This document shows positions 39,254-48,908 of a stretch of DNA of 48,908 nt, piece by piece. Source of the DNA: a virus (taxonomy: Duplodnaviria > Heunggongvirae > Uroviricota > Caudoviricetes); the IMG/VR virus record IMGVR_UViG_2897346870_000004, positions 1-48,908 of that record; one strand, given 5' to 3'. Positions within the stretch are counted from its first letter, which is position 1. Every line of letters begins with the position of its first letter. Position numbers and translations under genes: made by a program. The notes under the pieces are model-generated. The model saw only the letters and a list, made by a program, of their open reading frames with translations, did not search any database and was not told where the DNA came from.

Positions 39254-39951
39254 TGCAGGACATACAACAGGAAACACTGAATGAATGCATTCGGGCGGAG
39301 CAGTCGGCCAGCGTGGTGCTCTGGGAAATCGACCTGACAGAGGTTGGCGGGGATCGCTACTTTTTCTGCAATGAGCAGAATGAAAAAGGTGAGTCTGTCA
39401 CCTGGCAGAGTCGGCAGTATCAGGCCTATCCCATTCAGGGGAGTGGATTTGAGATGAACGGCAAAGGTGCCAGTGCAAGGCCAACACTGAAAGTATCTAA
39501 CCTGCACGGCATGGTCACCGGGATGGTGGAGGATTTACAGAGTCTGGTCGGCGGAACAGTCGTCCGGCGTAAGGTCTACGCCCGTTTTCTGGATGCGGTG
39601 AACTTCGTCAACGGAAACAGTGACGCCGATCCGGAGCAGGAGGTGATCAGCCGCTGGCGCATCGAGCAGTGCAGCGAACTGAGCGCGGTCAGTGCCTCCT
39701 TTGTGCTCTCCACACCGACGGAAACGGATGGTGCTGTTTTTCCGGGACGTATCATGCTGGCCAACACCTGCACCTGGACCTATCGCGGTGATGAGTGCGG
39801 TTATAGCGGTCCGGCTGTCGCGGATGAATATGACCAGCCGACATCCGATATCACGAAGGATAAATGCAGCAAATGCCTGAGCGGTTGTAAGTTCCGCAAT
39901 AACGTCGGCAACTTTGGCGGCTTCCTTTCCATTAACAAACTTTCGCAGTAA
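39253..39951 (+). CDS. L: Minor tail protein L
   Basis: Matches recalled lambda L, including the C-terminal Cys cluster. Confidence 0.9.
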   Translation: MQDIQQETLNECIRAEQSASVVLWEIDLTEVGGDRYFFCNEQNEKGESVTWQSRQYQAYPIQGSGFEMNGKGASARPTLKVSNLHGMVTGMVEDLQSLVGGTVVRRKVYARFLDAVNFVNGNSDADPEQEVISRWRIEQCSELSAVSASFVLSTPTETDGAVFPGRIMLANTCTWTYRGDECGYSGPAVADEYDQPTSDITKDKCSKCLSGCKFRNNVGNFGGFLSINKLSQ

Positions 39952-39956
39952 ATCCC

Positions 39957-40700
39957 ATGACACAGACAGAATCAGCGATTCTGGCGCACGCCCGGCGATG
40001 TGCGCCAGCGGAGTCGTGCGGCTTCGTGGTAAGCACGCCGGAGGGGGAAAGATATTTCCCCTGCGTGAATATCTCCGGTGAGCCGGAGGCGTATTTCCGT
40101 ATGTCGCCGGAAGACTGGCTGCAGGCAGAAATGCAGGGTGAGATTGTGGCGCTGGTCCACAGCCACCCCGGTGGTCTGCCCTGGCTGAGTGAGGCTGACC
40201 GGCGGCTGCAGGTGCAGAGTGATTTGCCGTGGTGGCTGGTCTGCCGGGGGACGATTCATAAATTCCGCTGTGTGCCGCATCTCACCGGGCGGCGCTTTGA
40301 GCACGGGGTGACGGACTGTTACACGCTGTTCCGGGATGCTTATCATCTGGCGGGGATTGAGATGCCGGATTTTCATCGCGAGGATGACTGGTGGCGTCAC
40401 GGTCAGAATCTCTATCTGGATAATCTGGAGGCCACAGGGCTGTATCAGGTGCCGTTGTCATCAGCACAACCGGGCGATGTGCTGCTGTGCTGTTTTGGTT
40501 CATCGGTGCCGAATCATGCCGCCATTTACTGTGGTGATGGCGAGCTGTTGCACCATATTCCTGAACAACTGAGCAAACGAGAGAGGTATACCGACAAATG
40601 GCAGCGACGCACACACTCCCTCTGGCGTCACCAGGCATGGCACGCATCTGCCTTTACGGGGATTTACAACGATTTGGCCGCCGCATCGATCTTCGTGTGA
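39957..40700 (+). CDS. K: Tail assembly protein K (MPN/JAB plus NlpC/P60 domains)
   Basis: HSHP metal-binding motif; matches recalled lambda K. Confidence 0.9.
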   Translation: MTQTESAILAHARRCAPAESCGFVVSTPEGERYFPCVNISGEPEAYFRMSPEDWLQAEMQGEIVALVHSHPGGLPWLSEADRRLQVQSDLPWWLVCRGTIHKFRCVPHLTGRRFEHGVTDCYTLFRDAYHLAGIEMPDFHREDDWWRHGQNLYLDNLEATGLYQVPLSSAQPGDVLLCCFGSSVPNHAAIYCGDGELLHHIPEQLSKRERYTDKWQRRTHSLWRHQAWHASAFTGIYNDLAAASIFV

Positions 40701-41245
40701 AAACAGGGGCCGAAGCCATCCGGGCGCTGGCCACACAGCTCCCGGCGTTTCGTCAGAAACTGAGTGACGGCTGGTATCAGGTACGGATTGCCGGGCGTGA
40801 TGCAGGTGAAACCGAATTGTCTGCCCGTCTTAATGAGCCGCTGGCAAATGGTGCCGTGATCCACATCGTTCCGCGTCTGGCGGGTGCCAAAAGTGGCGGT
40901 GTGTTTCAGGCGGTGCTGGGTGCGGCGCTGATTGCGGTGGCATGGTGGAACCCTGTGGGCTGGCTGGGGGCCGCGGCTGTATCGGGTATGTATGCAGCAG
41001 GGGCCAGTATGATCCTGGGTGGTGTGGCGCAGATGCTGGCACCGAAAGCCAGGACGCCCACGGCAGCAAGTACAGATAACGGCAAACAGAACACCTATTT
41101 CTCCTCACTGGATAACATGGTTGCCCAGGGCAATGTTCTGCCCGTTCTGTACGGTGAAATGCGCGTGGGGTCGCGGGTGATCTCTCAGGAGATCAGCACG
41201 GCAGACGAAGGGGATGGTGGTGAAATCGTGGTGATTGGTCGCTGA
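40598..41245 (+). CDS. I: Tail assembly protein I
   Basis: MAATHTLPLASPGMARICLYGDLQRFGRRIDLRV matches recalled lambda I; overlaps the K 3' end. Confidence 0.85.
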   Translation: MAATHTLPLASPGMARICLYGDLQRFGRRIDLRVKTGAEAIRALATQLPAFRQKLSDGWYQVRIAGRDAGETELSARLNEPLANGAVIHIVPRLAGAKSGGVFQAVLGAALIAVAWWNPVGWLGAAAVSGMYAAGASMILGGVAQMLAPKARTPTAASTDNGKQNTYFSSLDNMVAQGNVLPVLYGEMRVGSRVISQEISTADEGDGGEIVVIGR

Positions 41246-41305
41246 TGCAGAATGTTTTATGTGAAACCGCCTCCGGGCGGTTTTGTCGTTTATGGAGCAT
41301 GACGA

Positions 41306-44300
41306 ATGGGTAAAGGCAGCAGTAAGGGGCATACCCCGCGCGAAGCGAAGGACAACCTGAAGTCCACGCAGATGCTGAGCGTGATAGACGCCATCAGTGA
41401 AGGGCCGATTGAAGGTCCGGTGGACGGATTAAAAAGTGTGCTGCTGAACAGTACGCCAGTGCTGGACAGTGAGGGGAATACCAATATCTCTGGTGTCACG
41501 GTGGTTTTCCGGGCAGGTGAGCAGGAGCAGACACCGCCGGAGGGATTTGAATCCTCCGGCTCCGAGACGGTGCTGGGTACGGAAGTGAAGTACGACACGC
41601 CGATTACCCGGACCATCACGTCTGCAAACATCGACCGTCTGCGCTTTACCTTCGGTGTGCAGGCACTGGTGGAAACCACCTCAAAGGGGGACCGGAATCC
41701 GTCGGAAGTCCGCCTGCTGGTTCAGATACAGCGTAACGGTGGCTGGGTGACGGAAAAAGACATCACCATTAAAGGCAAAACCACCTCACAGTATCTGGCA
41801 TCGGTGGTGGTGGATAACCTGCCGCCGCGCCCGTTTAATATCCGGATGCGCAGGATGACACCGGACAGCACCACAGACCAGCTGCAGAACAAAACGCTCT
41901 GGTCGTCATACACCGAAATCATCGATGTGAAACAGTGCTACCCGAACACGGCACTGGTCGGTGTGCAGGTGGACTCGGAGCAGTTCGGCAGCCAGCAGGT
42001 GAGCCGTAATTATCATCTTCGCGGGCGCATTCTGCAGGTGCCGTCGAACTATAACCCGCAGACGCGGCAATACAGCGGTATCTGGGATGGAACGTTAAAA
42101 CCGGCATACAGCAACAACATGGCCTGGTGTCTGTGGGATATGCTGACCCATCCGCGCTACGGCATGGGAAAACGTCTTGGTGCGGCGGATGTGGATAAAT
42201 GGGCGCTGTATGTCATCGGCCAGTACTGCGACCAGTCAGTGCCGGACGGCTTTGGCGGCACGGAGCCGCGCATCACCTGTAATGCGTACCTGACCACACA
42301 GCGCAAGGCGTGGGATGTGCTCAGTGATTTCTGCTCGGCGATGCGCTGTATGCCGGTATGGAACGGGCAGACGCTGACGTTCGTGCAGGACCGACAGTCG
42401 GATAAGGTGTGGACCTATAACCGCAGTAATGTGGTGATGCCGGATGATGGCGCGCCGTTCCGCTACAGCTTCAGCGCCCTGAAGGACCGCCATAATGCCG
42501 TTGAGGTGAACTGGATTGACCCGGACAACGGCTGGGAGACGGCGACAGAGCTTGTTGAAGATACGCAGGCCATTGCCCGTTACGGTCGTAATGTCACGAA
42601 GATGGATGCCTTTGGCTGTACCAGCCGGGGGCAGGCACACCGCGCCGGGCTGTGGCTGATTAAAACGGAACTGCTGGAGACGCAGACCGTGGATTTCAGC
42701 GTGGGTGCTGAAGGGCTTCGCCATGTACCGGGCGATGTCATTGAAATCTGCGATGATGACTATGCCGGTATCAGCACCGGTGGTCGCGTGCTGGCGGTGA
42801 ACAGCCAGACCCGGACGCTGACGCTCGACCGTGAAATCACGCTGCCATCCTCCGGTACCACGCTGATAAGCCTGGTTGACGGAAGTGGTAATCCGGTCAG
42901 CGTGGAGGTTCAGTCCGTCACCGACGGACTTAAGGTGAAAGTGAACCGGGTTCCTGACGGCGTTGCAGAATACAGTGTGTGGGGGCTGAAGCTGCCGACG
43001 CTGCGCCAGCGCCTGTTCCGCTGTGTGAGTATCCGTGAGAACGATGACGGCACGTATGCCATCACTGCCGTGCAGCATGTACCGGAAAAAGAAGCCATCG
43101 TGGATAACGGGGCGCACTTTGACGGCGACCAGAGCGGCACGGTGAATGGTGTCACGCCGCCAGCGGTGCAGCACCTGACCGCAGAAGTCACTGCAAACAG
43201 CGGGGAATATCAGGTGCTGGCGCGCTGGGATACGCCGAAGGTGGTGAAGGGTGTGAGCTTTATGCTTCGCCTGACCGTGGCAGCGGATGACGGCAGTGAG
43301 CGGCTGGTCAGCACGGCCCGGACGACGGAAACCACATACCGCTTCACGCAACTGGCGCTGGGGCGGTACACGCTGACAGTCCGGGCGGTAAATGCGTGGG
43401 GACAGCAGGGCGATCCGGCGTCGGTATCGTTCCGGATTGCCGCACCGGTAGCACCGTCGCGGATTGAGCTGACGCCGGGGTATTTTCAGATAACCGCCAC
43501 GCCGCATCTTGCCGTTTATGACCCGACGGTACAGTTTGAGTTCTGGTTCTCGGAAAAGCGGATTGCGGATATCAGGCAGGTTGAAACCACAGCCCGCTAT
43601 CTTGGCACGGCGCTGTACTGGATAGCTGCCAGTATCAATATCAAACCGGGCCATGATTATTATTTTTACATCCGCAGTGTGAACACCGTTGGCAAATCGG
43701 CATTTGTGGAGGCTGTTGGCCAGCCGAGTGATGATGCATCCGGCTATCTGGATTTTTTCAAAGGCGAGATAGGGAAAAGCCATCTGGCTCAGGAGCTGTG
43801 GACGCAGATTGATAACGGTCAGCTTGCGCCTGACCTGGCTGAAATCAGGACGTCCATTACGGATGTCAGCAATGAAATCACGCAGACCGTCAATAAGAAA
43901 CTGGAAGACCAGAGTGCGGCAATTCAGCAGATACAGAAGGTTCAGGTTGATACAAATAATAACCTGAACAGCATGTGGGCTGTGAAGCTGCAGCAGATGC
44001 AGGACGGACGCCTTTATATCGCGGGTATTGGTGCCGGTATTGAGAACACCCCTGACGGCATGCAGAGTCAGGTGCTGCTGGCGGCGGACAGGATTGCGAT
44101 GGTTAATCCTGCGAATGGCAACACAAAGCCGATGTTTGTTGGTCAGGGCGATCAGATATTCATGAACGAAGTGTTCCTGAAATATCTGACGGCTCCCACC
44201 ATTACCAGCGGCGGTAATCCTCCGGCATTTTCCCTGACACCGGACGGGCGGCTGACGGCGAAAAATGCCGATATCAGCGGTAACGTGAATGCGAACTCCG

Positions 44301-44785
44301 GGACGCTCAACAACGTCACGATTAACGAGAACTGCCGGGTTCTGGGAAAACTGTCCGCGAACCAGATTGAGGGCGATCTCGTTAAAACAGTGGGCAAAGC
44401 TTTCCCCCGGGACTCCCGTGCACCGGAACGGTGGCCATCAGGGACCATTACCGTCAGGATTTATGACGATCAGCCGTTTGACCGGCAGATTGTTATTCCG
44501 GCGGTGGCATTCAGTGGCGCTAAGCATGAGAGAGAGCATACTGATATTTACTCCTCATGCCGTCTGATAGTGCGGAAAAACGGTGCTGAAATTTATAACC
44601 GTACCGCGCTGGATAATACGCTGATTTACAGTGGCGTTATTGATATGCCTGCCGGTCACGGTCACATGACACTGGAGTTTTCGGTGTCAGCATGGCTGGT
44701 AAATGGCTGGTATCCCACAGCAAGTATCAGCGATTTGCTGGTTGTTGTGATGAAGAAAGCCACTGCAGGCATCACGATTAGCTGA
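41306..44785 (+). CDS. J: Host specificity protein J (central tail fiber)
   Basis: 1159 aa; [53 protein letters not shown] matches recalled lambda J along its length. Confidence 0.95.
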   Translation: MGKGSSKGHTPREAKDNLKSTQMLSVIDAISEGPIEGPVDGLKSVLLNSTPVLDSEGNTNISGVTVVFRAGEQEQTPPEGFESSGSETVLGTEVKYDTPITRTITSANIDRLRFTFGVQALVETTSKGDRNPSEVRLLVQIQRNGGWVTEKDITIKGKTTSQYLASVVVDNLPPRPFNIRMRRMTPDSTTDQLQNKTLWSSYTEIIDVKQCYPNTALVGVQVDSEQFGSQQVSRNYHLRGRILQVPSNYNPQTRQYSGIWDGTLKPAYSNNMAWCLWDMLTHPRYGMGKRLGAADVDKWALYVIGQYCDQSVPDGFGGTEPRITCNAYLTTQRKAWDVLSDFCSAMRCMPVWNGQTLTFVQDRQSDKVWTYNRSNVVMPDDGAPFRYSFSALKDRHNAVEVNWIDPDNGWETATELVEDTQAIARYGRNVTKMDAFGCTSRGQAHRAGLWLIKTELLETQTVDFSVGAEGLRHVPGDVIEICDDDYAGISTGGRVLAVNSQTRTLTLDREITLPSSGTTLISLVDGSGNPVSVEVQSVTDGLKVKVNRVPDGVAEYSVWGLKLPTLRQRLFRCVSIRENDDGTYAITAVQHVPEKEAIVDNGAHFDGDQSGTVNGVTPPAVQHLTAEVTANSGEYQVLARWDTPKVVKGVSFMLRLTVAADDGSERLVSTARTTETTYRFTQLALGRYTLTVRAVNAWGQQGDPASVSFRIAAPVAPSRIELTPGYFQITATPHLAVYDPTVQFEFWFSEKRIADIRQVETTARYLGTALYWIAASINIKPGHDYYFYIRSVNTVGKSAFVEAVGQPSDDASGYLDFFKGEIGKSHLAQELWTQIDNGQLAPDLAEIRTSITDVSNEITQTVNKKLEDQSAAIQQIQKVQVDTNNNLNSMWAVKLQQMQDGRLYIAGIGAGIENTPDGMQSQVLLAADRIAMVNPANGNTKPMFVGQGDQIFMNEVFLKYLTAPTITSGGNPPAFSLTPDGRLTAKNADISGNVNANSGTLNNVTINENCRVLGKLSANQIEGDLVKTVGKAFPRDSRAPERWPSGTITVRIYDDQPFDRQIVIPAVAFSGAKHEREHTDIYSSCRLIVRKNGAEIYNRTALDNTLIYSGVIDMPAGHGHMTLEFSVSAWLVNGWYPTASISDLLVVVMKKATAGITIS

Positions 44786-44804
44786 ATTTTATAACCCAGA
44801 TACG

Positions 44805-44828
44805 GGCGCCAGAAATGGCGCCTTTTTT
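44805..44828 (+). terminator. Hairpin GGCGCC-agaaat-GGCGCC followed by TTTTTT
   Basis: Direct reading after the J stop. Confidence 0.6.
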
Positions 44829-44852
44829 ATTGCAGAAAAGCGAGAGGTAATT

Positions 44853-45452
44853 ATGCGTAAATTATGTGCTGTTATTCTGTCCACAGTAGTCTGGCTGGTC
44901 GCCGCTGGTACGCCAGCGAGCGCAGCAGAGCATCAGTCCACACTAAGCGCCGGGTATCTTCAGACCCATACTGATATGCCAGGCAGTGATGACCTGAAGG
45001 GCATTAACGTGAAATACCGTTATGAATTTACGGACACGCTGGGGCTGGTGACGTCATTCAGTTATGCCAATGCCAAAGATGAGCAAAAAACGCATTACAG
45101 CGATACCCGCTGGCATGAAGATTCCGTGCGTAACCGCTGGTTCAGCATGATGGCGGGGCCATCTGTACGCGTGAATGAATGGTTCAGTGCTTATGCGATG
45201 GCAGGTGTGGCTTACAGCCGTGTTTCGACTTTTTCCGGGGATTATCTCCGCGTAACTGACAGCAAGGGGAAAACGCACGATGTGCTGACCGGAAGTGATG
45301 ACGGTCGCCACAGCAACACGTCTCTGGCGTGGGGGGCTGGCGTGCAGTTTAACCCGACCGAATCCGTGGCCATTGATATTGCTTATGAAGGCTCCGGCAG
45401 TGGTGACTGGCGCACTGACGGTTTCATCGTGGGTGTCGGTTATAAATTCTGA
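44853..45452 (+). CDS. lom: Outer-membrane protein Lom (Ail/Lom family)
   Basis: Signal peptide MRKLCAVILSTVVWLVAAGTPASA; C-terminal GYKF beta-barrel ending; matches recalled lambda Lom. Confidence 0.9.
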   Translation: MRKLCAVILSTVVWLVAAGTPASAAEHQSTLSAGYLQTHTDMPGSDDLKGINVKYRYEFTDTLGLVTSFSYANAKDEQKTHYSDTRWHEDSVRNRWFSMMAGPSVRVNEWFSAYAMAGVAYSRVSTFSGDYLRVTDSKGKTHDVLTGSDDGRHSNTSLAWGAGVQFNPTESVAIDIAYEGSGSGDWRTDGFIVGVGYKF

Positions 45453-45478
45453 TTAGCCAGGTAACACAGTGTTATGAC

Positions 45479-45506
45479 AGCCCGCCGGTTCAGGCGGGCT
45501 TTTTTG
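45479..45506 (+). terminator. Hairpin AGCCCGCC-ggttca-GGCGGGCT followed by TTTTTT
   Basis: Direct reading after the lom stop. Confidence 0.65.
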
Positions 45507-45516
45507 TGGAGTGGAT

Positions 45517-47916
45517 ATGGCAGCAGTAAAAATCTCAGGTGTGCTGAAAGATGGTGCGGGAAAACCAATACAGAACTGCACTATTCAACTGAAGGCAAAG
45601 CGTAACAGCACCACGGTACTGGTGAACACGGTGGCCTCTGAAAATCCTGATGAAGCCGGGCGTTACAGCATGGATGTTGAGTATGGCCAGTACAGCGTCA
45701 CCCTGCTGGTTGAAGGTTTTCCGCCTTCACATGCCGGGACCATTACCGTCTATGAAGGCTCCAGACCAGGTACGCTGAATGATTTTCTCGGTGCCATGAC
45801 GGAAGATGATGTCATGCCGGAGGCATTGCGTCGTTTTGAGGAAATGGTGGAAGAAGCGGCACGCAACGCTGAAGCCGCCTCTCAGAGCGCAGCGGCGGCA
45901 AAGAAATCCGAAACTGCAGCGGCATCATCGAAGAACGCGGCGAAAACCTCAGAAACGAATGCAGCTAATAGTGCACAGGCGGCAGCGACCTCAAAGACTG
46001 CATCGGCAAACTCCGCGACAGCAGCCAAAAAATCAGAAACCAACGCGAAAAATAGCGAGACAGCCGCAAAGACGAGCGAAACCAACGCAAAGTCCAGCCA
46101 GACGGCAGCGAAAACCAGCGAAACGAATGCCAAAGCCAGTGAAACTGCGGCAAAAAACAGCCAGGTTGCAGCAGCCCAAAGCGAGAGCGCGGCAGCCGGT
46201 TCTGCGACTTCAGCAGCTGGATCAGCAACTGCTGCGGCTAACAGCCAGAAAGCTGCGAAGACGAGTGAAACTAACGCAAAGTCCAGCCAGACGGCAGCGA
46301 AGACCAGCGAAACGAATGCCAAAGCCAGCGAAACTGCGGCGAAAAACAGTCAGGATGCAGCAGCCCAAAGCGAGAGTGCTGCAGCTGGTTCTGCAAGCGC
46401 GGCGGCTGCTTCTGCCACTGCATCAGCCAACAGTCAAAAAGCAGCAAAAACCAGTGAAACCAATGCAAAGACAAGCGAGACTGCAGCGGCGAACTCGGCG
46501 AAAGCATCGGCAGCAAGCCAGACAGCAGCTAAAGCAAGTGAAGACGCAGCCAGAGAGTATGCAAGTCAGGCAGCAGAGCCGTATAAATATGTCTTACAGC
46601 CACTGCCTGATGTGTGGATACCGTTTAACGATTCACTGGATATGATTACGGGCTTTTCGCCGTCATATAAAAAAATTGTTATTGGTGATGATGAAATAAC
46701 GATGCCTGGCGACAAGGTTGTTAAGTTTAAACGCGCATCAACTGCCACATATATCAATAAATCAGGCGTATTTAGTGTTGCTAAAATTGATGAGCCACGA
46801 TTTGAAAAAGAAGGTTTATTGATTGAAGGACAGCGCACTAACTATTTTGTTAAATCCAATACTCCCGCTGAATGGACGAGTACCAGCAATATCGATAAAA
46901 CTAATAATGGTGTTGATGAATTTGGTTTTTCATATGCCAAAATGCGAACAAAAGATAATATGACAGGACAATCATCTGCACTTAGTCTGCATACATGCAG
47001 TGCATCCCGGGGGATTGATGTTAGTGGCGATAATAAGTATTGCACTGTTTCATGCAGGGTTAAAGCTCCTGATGGTCTTCGTTGTCGTTTGCGTTTTGAA
47101 AAATACGATGGGTCGGTTTATACATTTTTAGGAGATGCTTATTTAACTTTCGGAACTCTGATAATAGAAAAAACTGGCGGGGCAGCCAATAGAATAGCAG
47201 CTACTGCAACTAAAGATCCGGTTACAGGGTGGATTTTCTATGAGGCAACTATAGAAGCTGTTGAAGGTGAAACCTTAATTGGCGCAATGATTCAGTATGC
47301 GCCGAAAAAAGGTGGTATAACTGAAGCGGGAGATTATATTTACCTTGCAACACCACAATTTGAAAACGGCGGATGTGCTTCATCTTTTGTTATTACGACA
47401 ACTGCACCCGCAACCCGCTCCAGTGATATGGTGACGATCCCAACTGAAAATAATATCTATAATAGACCGCTTACGTGTCTTGTCGAGGTTAATAGAAATT
47501 GGGGCGATATTCCTCCTAATGTAGCACCGCGTATTTTTGATTTTTCTGGTGTGCCACCTATTGAGTCAATTACATACGCTTTTAACACAACTGAGAAATA
47601 TTACGGTCAGCTTTATATGCAAACTTATAAAGCGTCGACAAGTACTTACGTTTCTAGTGTGTTTGCTGGTCGAGCTGATGTTCGAAAATTCATTGGTGGT
47701 TTTAATATTTATTCTGATGGTACTAAACGAGTAGTTTCTAACGGTGAGGCTACTAAAACTATGAAAACGGAGTGGACGGGCGTAAAAACACGGACCTTTA
47801 TTCGAATTGGAGGTCAAGCCACATCGGGAACTCGTCATCTATTCGGCCATTTGAGAAATCTTCGTCTCTGGCATAAAGAATTAACTGATGCGCAAATGGG
47901 GGAGAGTATTAAATGA
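45517..47916 (+). CDS. stf: Side tail fiber protein (Stf-like N-terminus, Ala/Ser/Thr repeat shaft, divergent AT-rich C-terminal module)
   Basis: MAAVKISGVLKDGAGKPIQNCTIQLKAKRNSTTVLVNTVASENPDEAGRYSMDVEYGQYSV matches recalled lambda Stf N-terminus; internal tandem repeats; 3' half visibly AT-richer. Confidence 0.85.
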   Translation: MAAVKISGVLKDGAGKPIQNCTIQLKAKRNSTTVLVNTVASENPDEAGRYSMDVEYGQYSVTLLVEGFPPSHAGTITVYEGSRPGTLNDFLGAMTEDDVMPEALRRFEEMVEEAARNAEAASQSAAAAKKSETAAASSKNAAKTSETNAANSAQAAATSKTASANSATAAKKSETNAKNSETAAKTSETNAKSSQTAAKTSETNAKASETAAKNSQVAAAQSESAAAGSATSAAGSATAAANSQKAAKTSETNAKSSQTAAKTSETNAKASETAAKNSQDAAAQSESAAAGSASAAAASATASANSQKAAKTSETNAKTSETAAANSAKASAASQTAAKASEDAAREYASQAAEPYKYVLQPLPDVWIPFNDSLDMITGFSPSYKKIVIGDDEITMPGDKVVKFKRASTATYINKSGVFSVAKIDEPRFEKEGLLIEGQRTNYFVKSNTPAEWTSTSNIDKTNNGVDEFGFSYAKMRTKDNMTGQSSALSLHTCSASRGIDVSGDNKYCTVSCRVKAPDGLRCRLRFEKYDGSVYTFLGDAYLTFGTLIIEKTGGAANRIAATATKDPVTGWIFYEATIEAVEGETLIGAMIQYAPKKGGITEAGDYIYLATPQFENGGCASSFVITTTAPATRSSDMVTIPTENNIYNRPLTCLVEVNRNWGDIPPNVAPRIFDFSGVPPIESITYAFNTTEKYYGQLYMQTYKASTSTYVSSVFAGRADVRKFIGGFNIYSDGTKRVVSNGEATKTMKTEWTGVKTRTFIRIGGQATSGTRHLFGHLRNLRLWHKELTDAQMGESIK
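46066..46443. repeat. Two tandem 189-bp repeats (about 90% identical) inside stf, with shorter degenerate TSETNAK-type units on both sides
   Basis: Copies start at 46066 and 46255 by direct alignment. Confidence 0.7.
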
Positions 47917-48194
47917 AAGATTTAACACTCAAATTTGCAGACAGGGCCGACTTTTCGGCCTTTATGGAGAGCATTGGCTATTATGATGACGAGTCGATGC
48001 AGGATGATATTCTTATTGACGTGATAGGTAATGTGTACAAAGAAACCGGAGAACTTACTGAAGATGGCGAGCCGGTATGTGTTAAGGAGGACGGATATTT
48101 TGTAAATGTGCGCATCATTAATGATTCGCAAATATCGTCATTATTCGATGAACACGCGGTTGCTGTTGAGCATCAACTCCGTAGCTGGATGTGA
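47913..48194 (+). CDS. Hypothetical acidic protein (93 aa) downstream of stf
   Basis: Start overlaps the stf stop (ATGA); occupies the usual tail-fiber-assembly position but does not resemble Tfa as I recall it. Confidence 0.4.
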   Translation: MKDLTLKFADRADFSAFMESIGYYDDESMQDDILIDVIGNVYKETGELTEDGEPVCVKEDGYFVNVRIINDSQISSLFDEHAVAVEHQLRSWM

Positions 48195-48203
48195 GGAAGA
48201 AAA

Positions 48204-48908
48204 ATGGCTACATCGACAGTAATTCCTGATGACATCAAAACGCTAAAGGGAGATGTCAGTAAGGCAAAGGAAGATATTTCCTCAATTAACGTAAAAGTAT
48301 CAACGCTTCAGACTGATATGGACAGTGCAAAGCAGGATATCAGTACCAGATACACAAAAACTGAAGTTGATAATAAGCTGAAAAACAAACTAGAAGTGAA
48401 CGATCTGGAAAGCGGTCGTTATGGTGGAGATTTTTACCCGTTGACTGGCCGTGAAGCGTTTTATTTGTGGGGATTGGGCACGACTACAGCGGCGGCAAAC
48501 CTTTATCTTAATCCTGACCCCGCAATTTCGTCTGTGCTGCGGTCAACATCGTCTATCCGCTATAAACATTCAGTAGAGACAATAGATTCAGAGCACGCTG
48601 ATCTCATTTTCAGGATGCGCCCTGTGTGGTACAGGTCACAATGCGAAAATGACAGGCGTGACTGGGGATTCTACGGATTGATTGCCGAGGAAGTAGGAGA
48701 AATTGCCCCTCAGTTTGTACACTGGCGACCAGCTAACGAAGATGATGCACCGGAAGCTATTTCCAGCAATGGCCTTGTTGCCGAAGGTGTAATGTACGAA
48801 CGTCTGGTTGTTCCACTGATTCACCATATCCAGAAGCTGACTGAAAGAGTTGATGAACTTGAGTCAGAATTAAAGTTGTTATCAACTTCCCGAAGCGATA
48901 TCGGATAA
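48204..48908 (+). CDS. Fiber-like protein with N-terminal coiled coil and C-terminal intramolecular-chaperone (peptidase S74-like) domain
   Basis: C-terminal pattern SSIRYKHS ... WGFYGLIAEEVGEIAPQFV ... ERVDELESELKLL resembles S74 chaperone domains as I recall them; complete ORF ending at the window edge. Confidence 0.5.
   Translation: MATSTVIPDDIKTLKGDVSKAKEDISSINVKVSTLQTDMDSAKQDISTRYTKTEVDNKLKNKLEVNDLESGRYGGDFYPLTGREAFYLWGLGTTTAAANLYLNPDPAISSVLRSTSSIRYKHSVETIDSEHADLIFRMRPVWYRSQCENDRRDWGFYGLIAEEVGEIAPQFVHWRPANEDDAPEAISSNGLVAEGVMYERLVVPLIHHIQKLTERVDELESELKLLSTSRSDIG

Noticed and set aside
42236-43783. 515-aa ORF on the minus strand inside the J gene
   Set aside because: Entirely antisense to a J ORF that matches recalled lambda J at high identity; Arg/Pro-rich composition typical of antisense frames in GC-rich coding DNA; no RBS.
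46066-46443. Possible CRISPR-like repeat array
   Set aside because: Repeats are 189-bp in-frame coding units with no unique spacers or short palindromic repeats; they encode the fiber shaft.
45806-46645. 279-aa Arg/Gln/Lys-rich ORF in an alternative frame of stf, and the Ala-rich antisense ORFs at 45882-46322 and 46271-46516
   Set aside because: Artefacts of the tandem repeats in stf; low complexity; the annotated stf frame matches lambda Stf at its N-terminus.
1-48908. tRNA, rRNA or attachment-site core sequences
   Set aside because: No cloverleaf-like or rRNA-like segments were recognisable by eye; att sites cannot be identified without sequence beyond both window ends. A tRNAscan-SE or Infernal run would be the decisive check.

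Overview
This 48.9-kb window is a nearly complete lambdoid prophage of the Rac type. Left to right: integrase and excisionase; a leftward early operon on the minus strand (lar/ralR, annealase, RecE-like exonuclease, racC, ydaE, kilR); sieB; the immunity region (racR flanked by repeated operator-like palindromes, then ydaS and ydaT); replication genes (ydaU, DnaC-like ydaV, ydaW); an AT-rich cargo island of about 4 kb; nin-type genes and a Q-like antiterminator; a moron between Q and the lysis cassette; holin, endolysin, Rz/Rz1; the trkG potassium-transporter moron; a ParB-like gene; terminase, portal and capsid genes; an IS1 copy that splits a head-tail gene; lambda-like tail genes (G/GT frameshift, H, M, L, K, I, J); lom; and a mosaic side tail fiber. 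The most interesting unexplained content is the AT-rich island at about 12.7-16.7 kb. It carries a two-gene cassette (a 133-aa repeat protein plus a 471-aa protein with an HEPN-like R-x6-H motif) that I propose as a candidate novel anti-phage or abortive-infection system, a cysteine-rich small ORF, and a YeaR-like gene preceded by an NsrR-like operator. Protein identifications rest on my recollection of E. coli K-12 Rac and phage lambda sequences; composition statements are by eye, not computed. No rRNA, tRNA or CRISPR array was seen, and no attachment site can be identified from this window alone.
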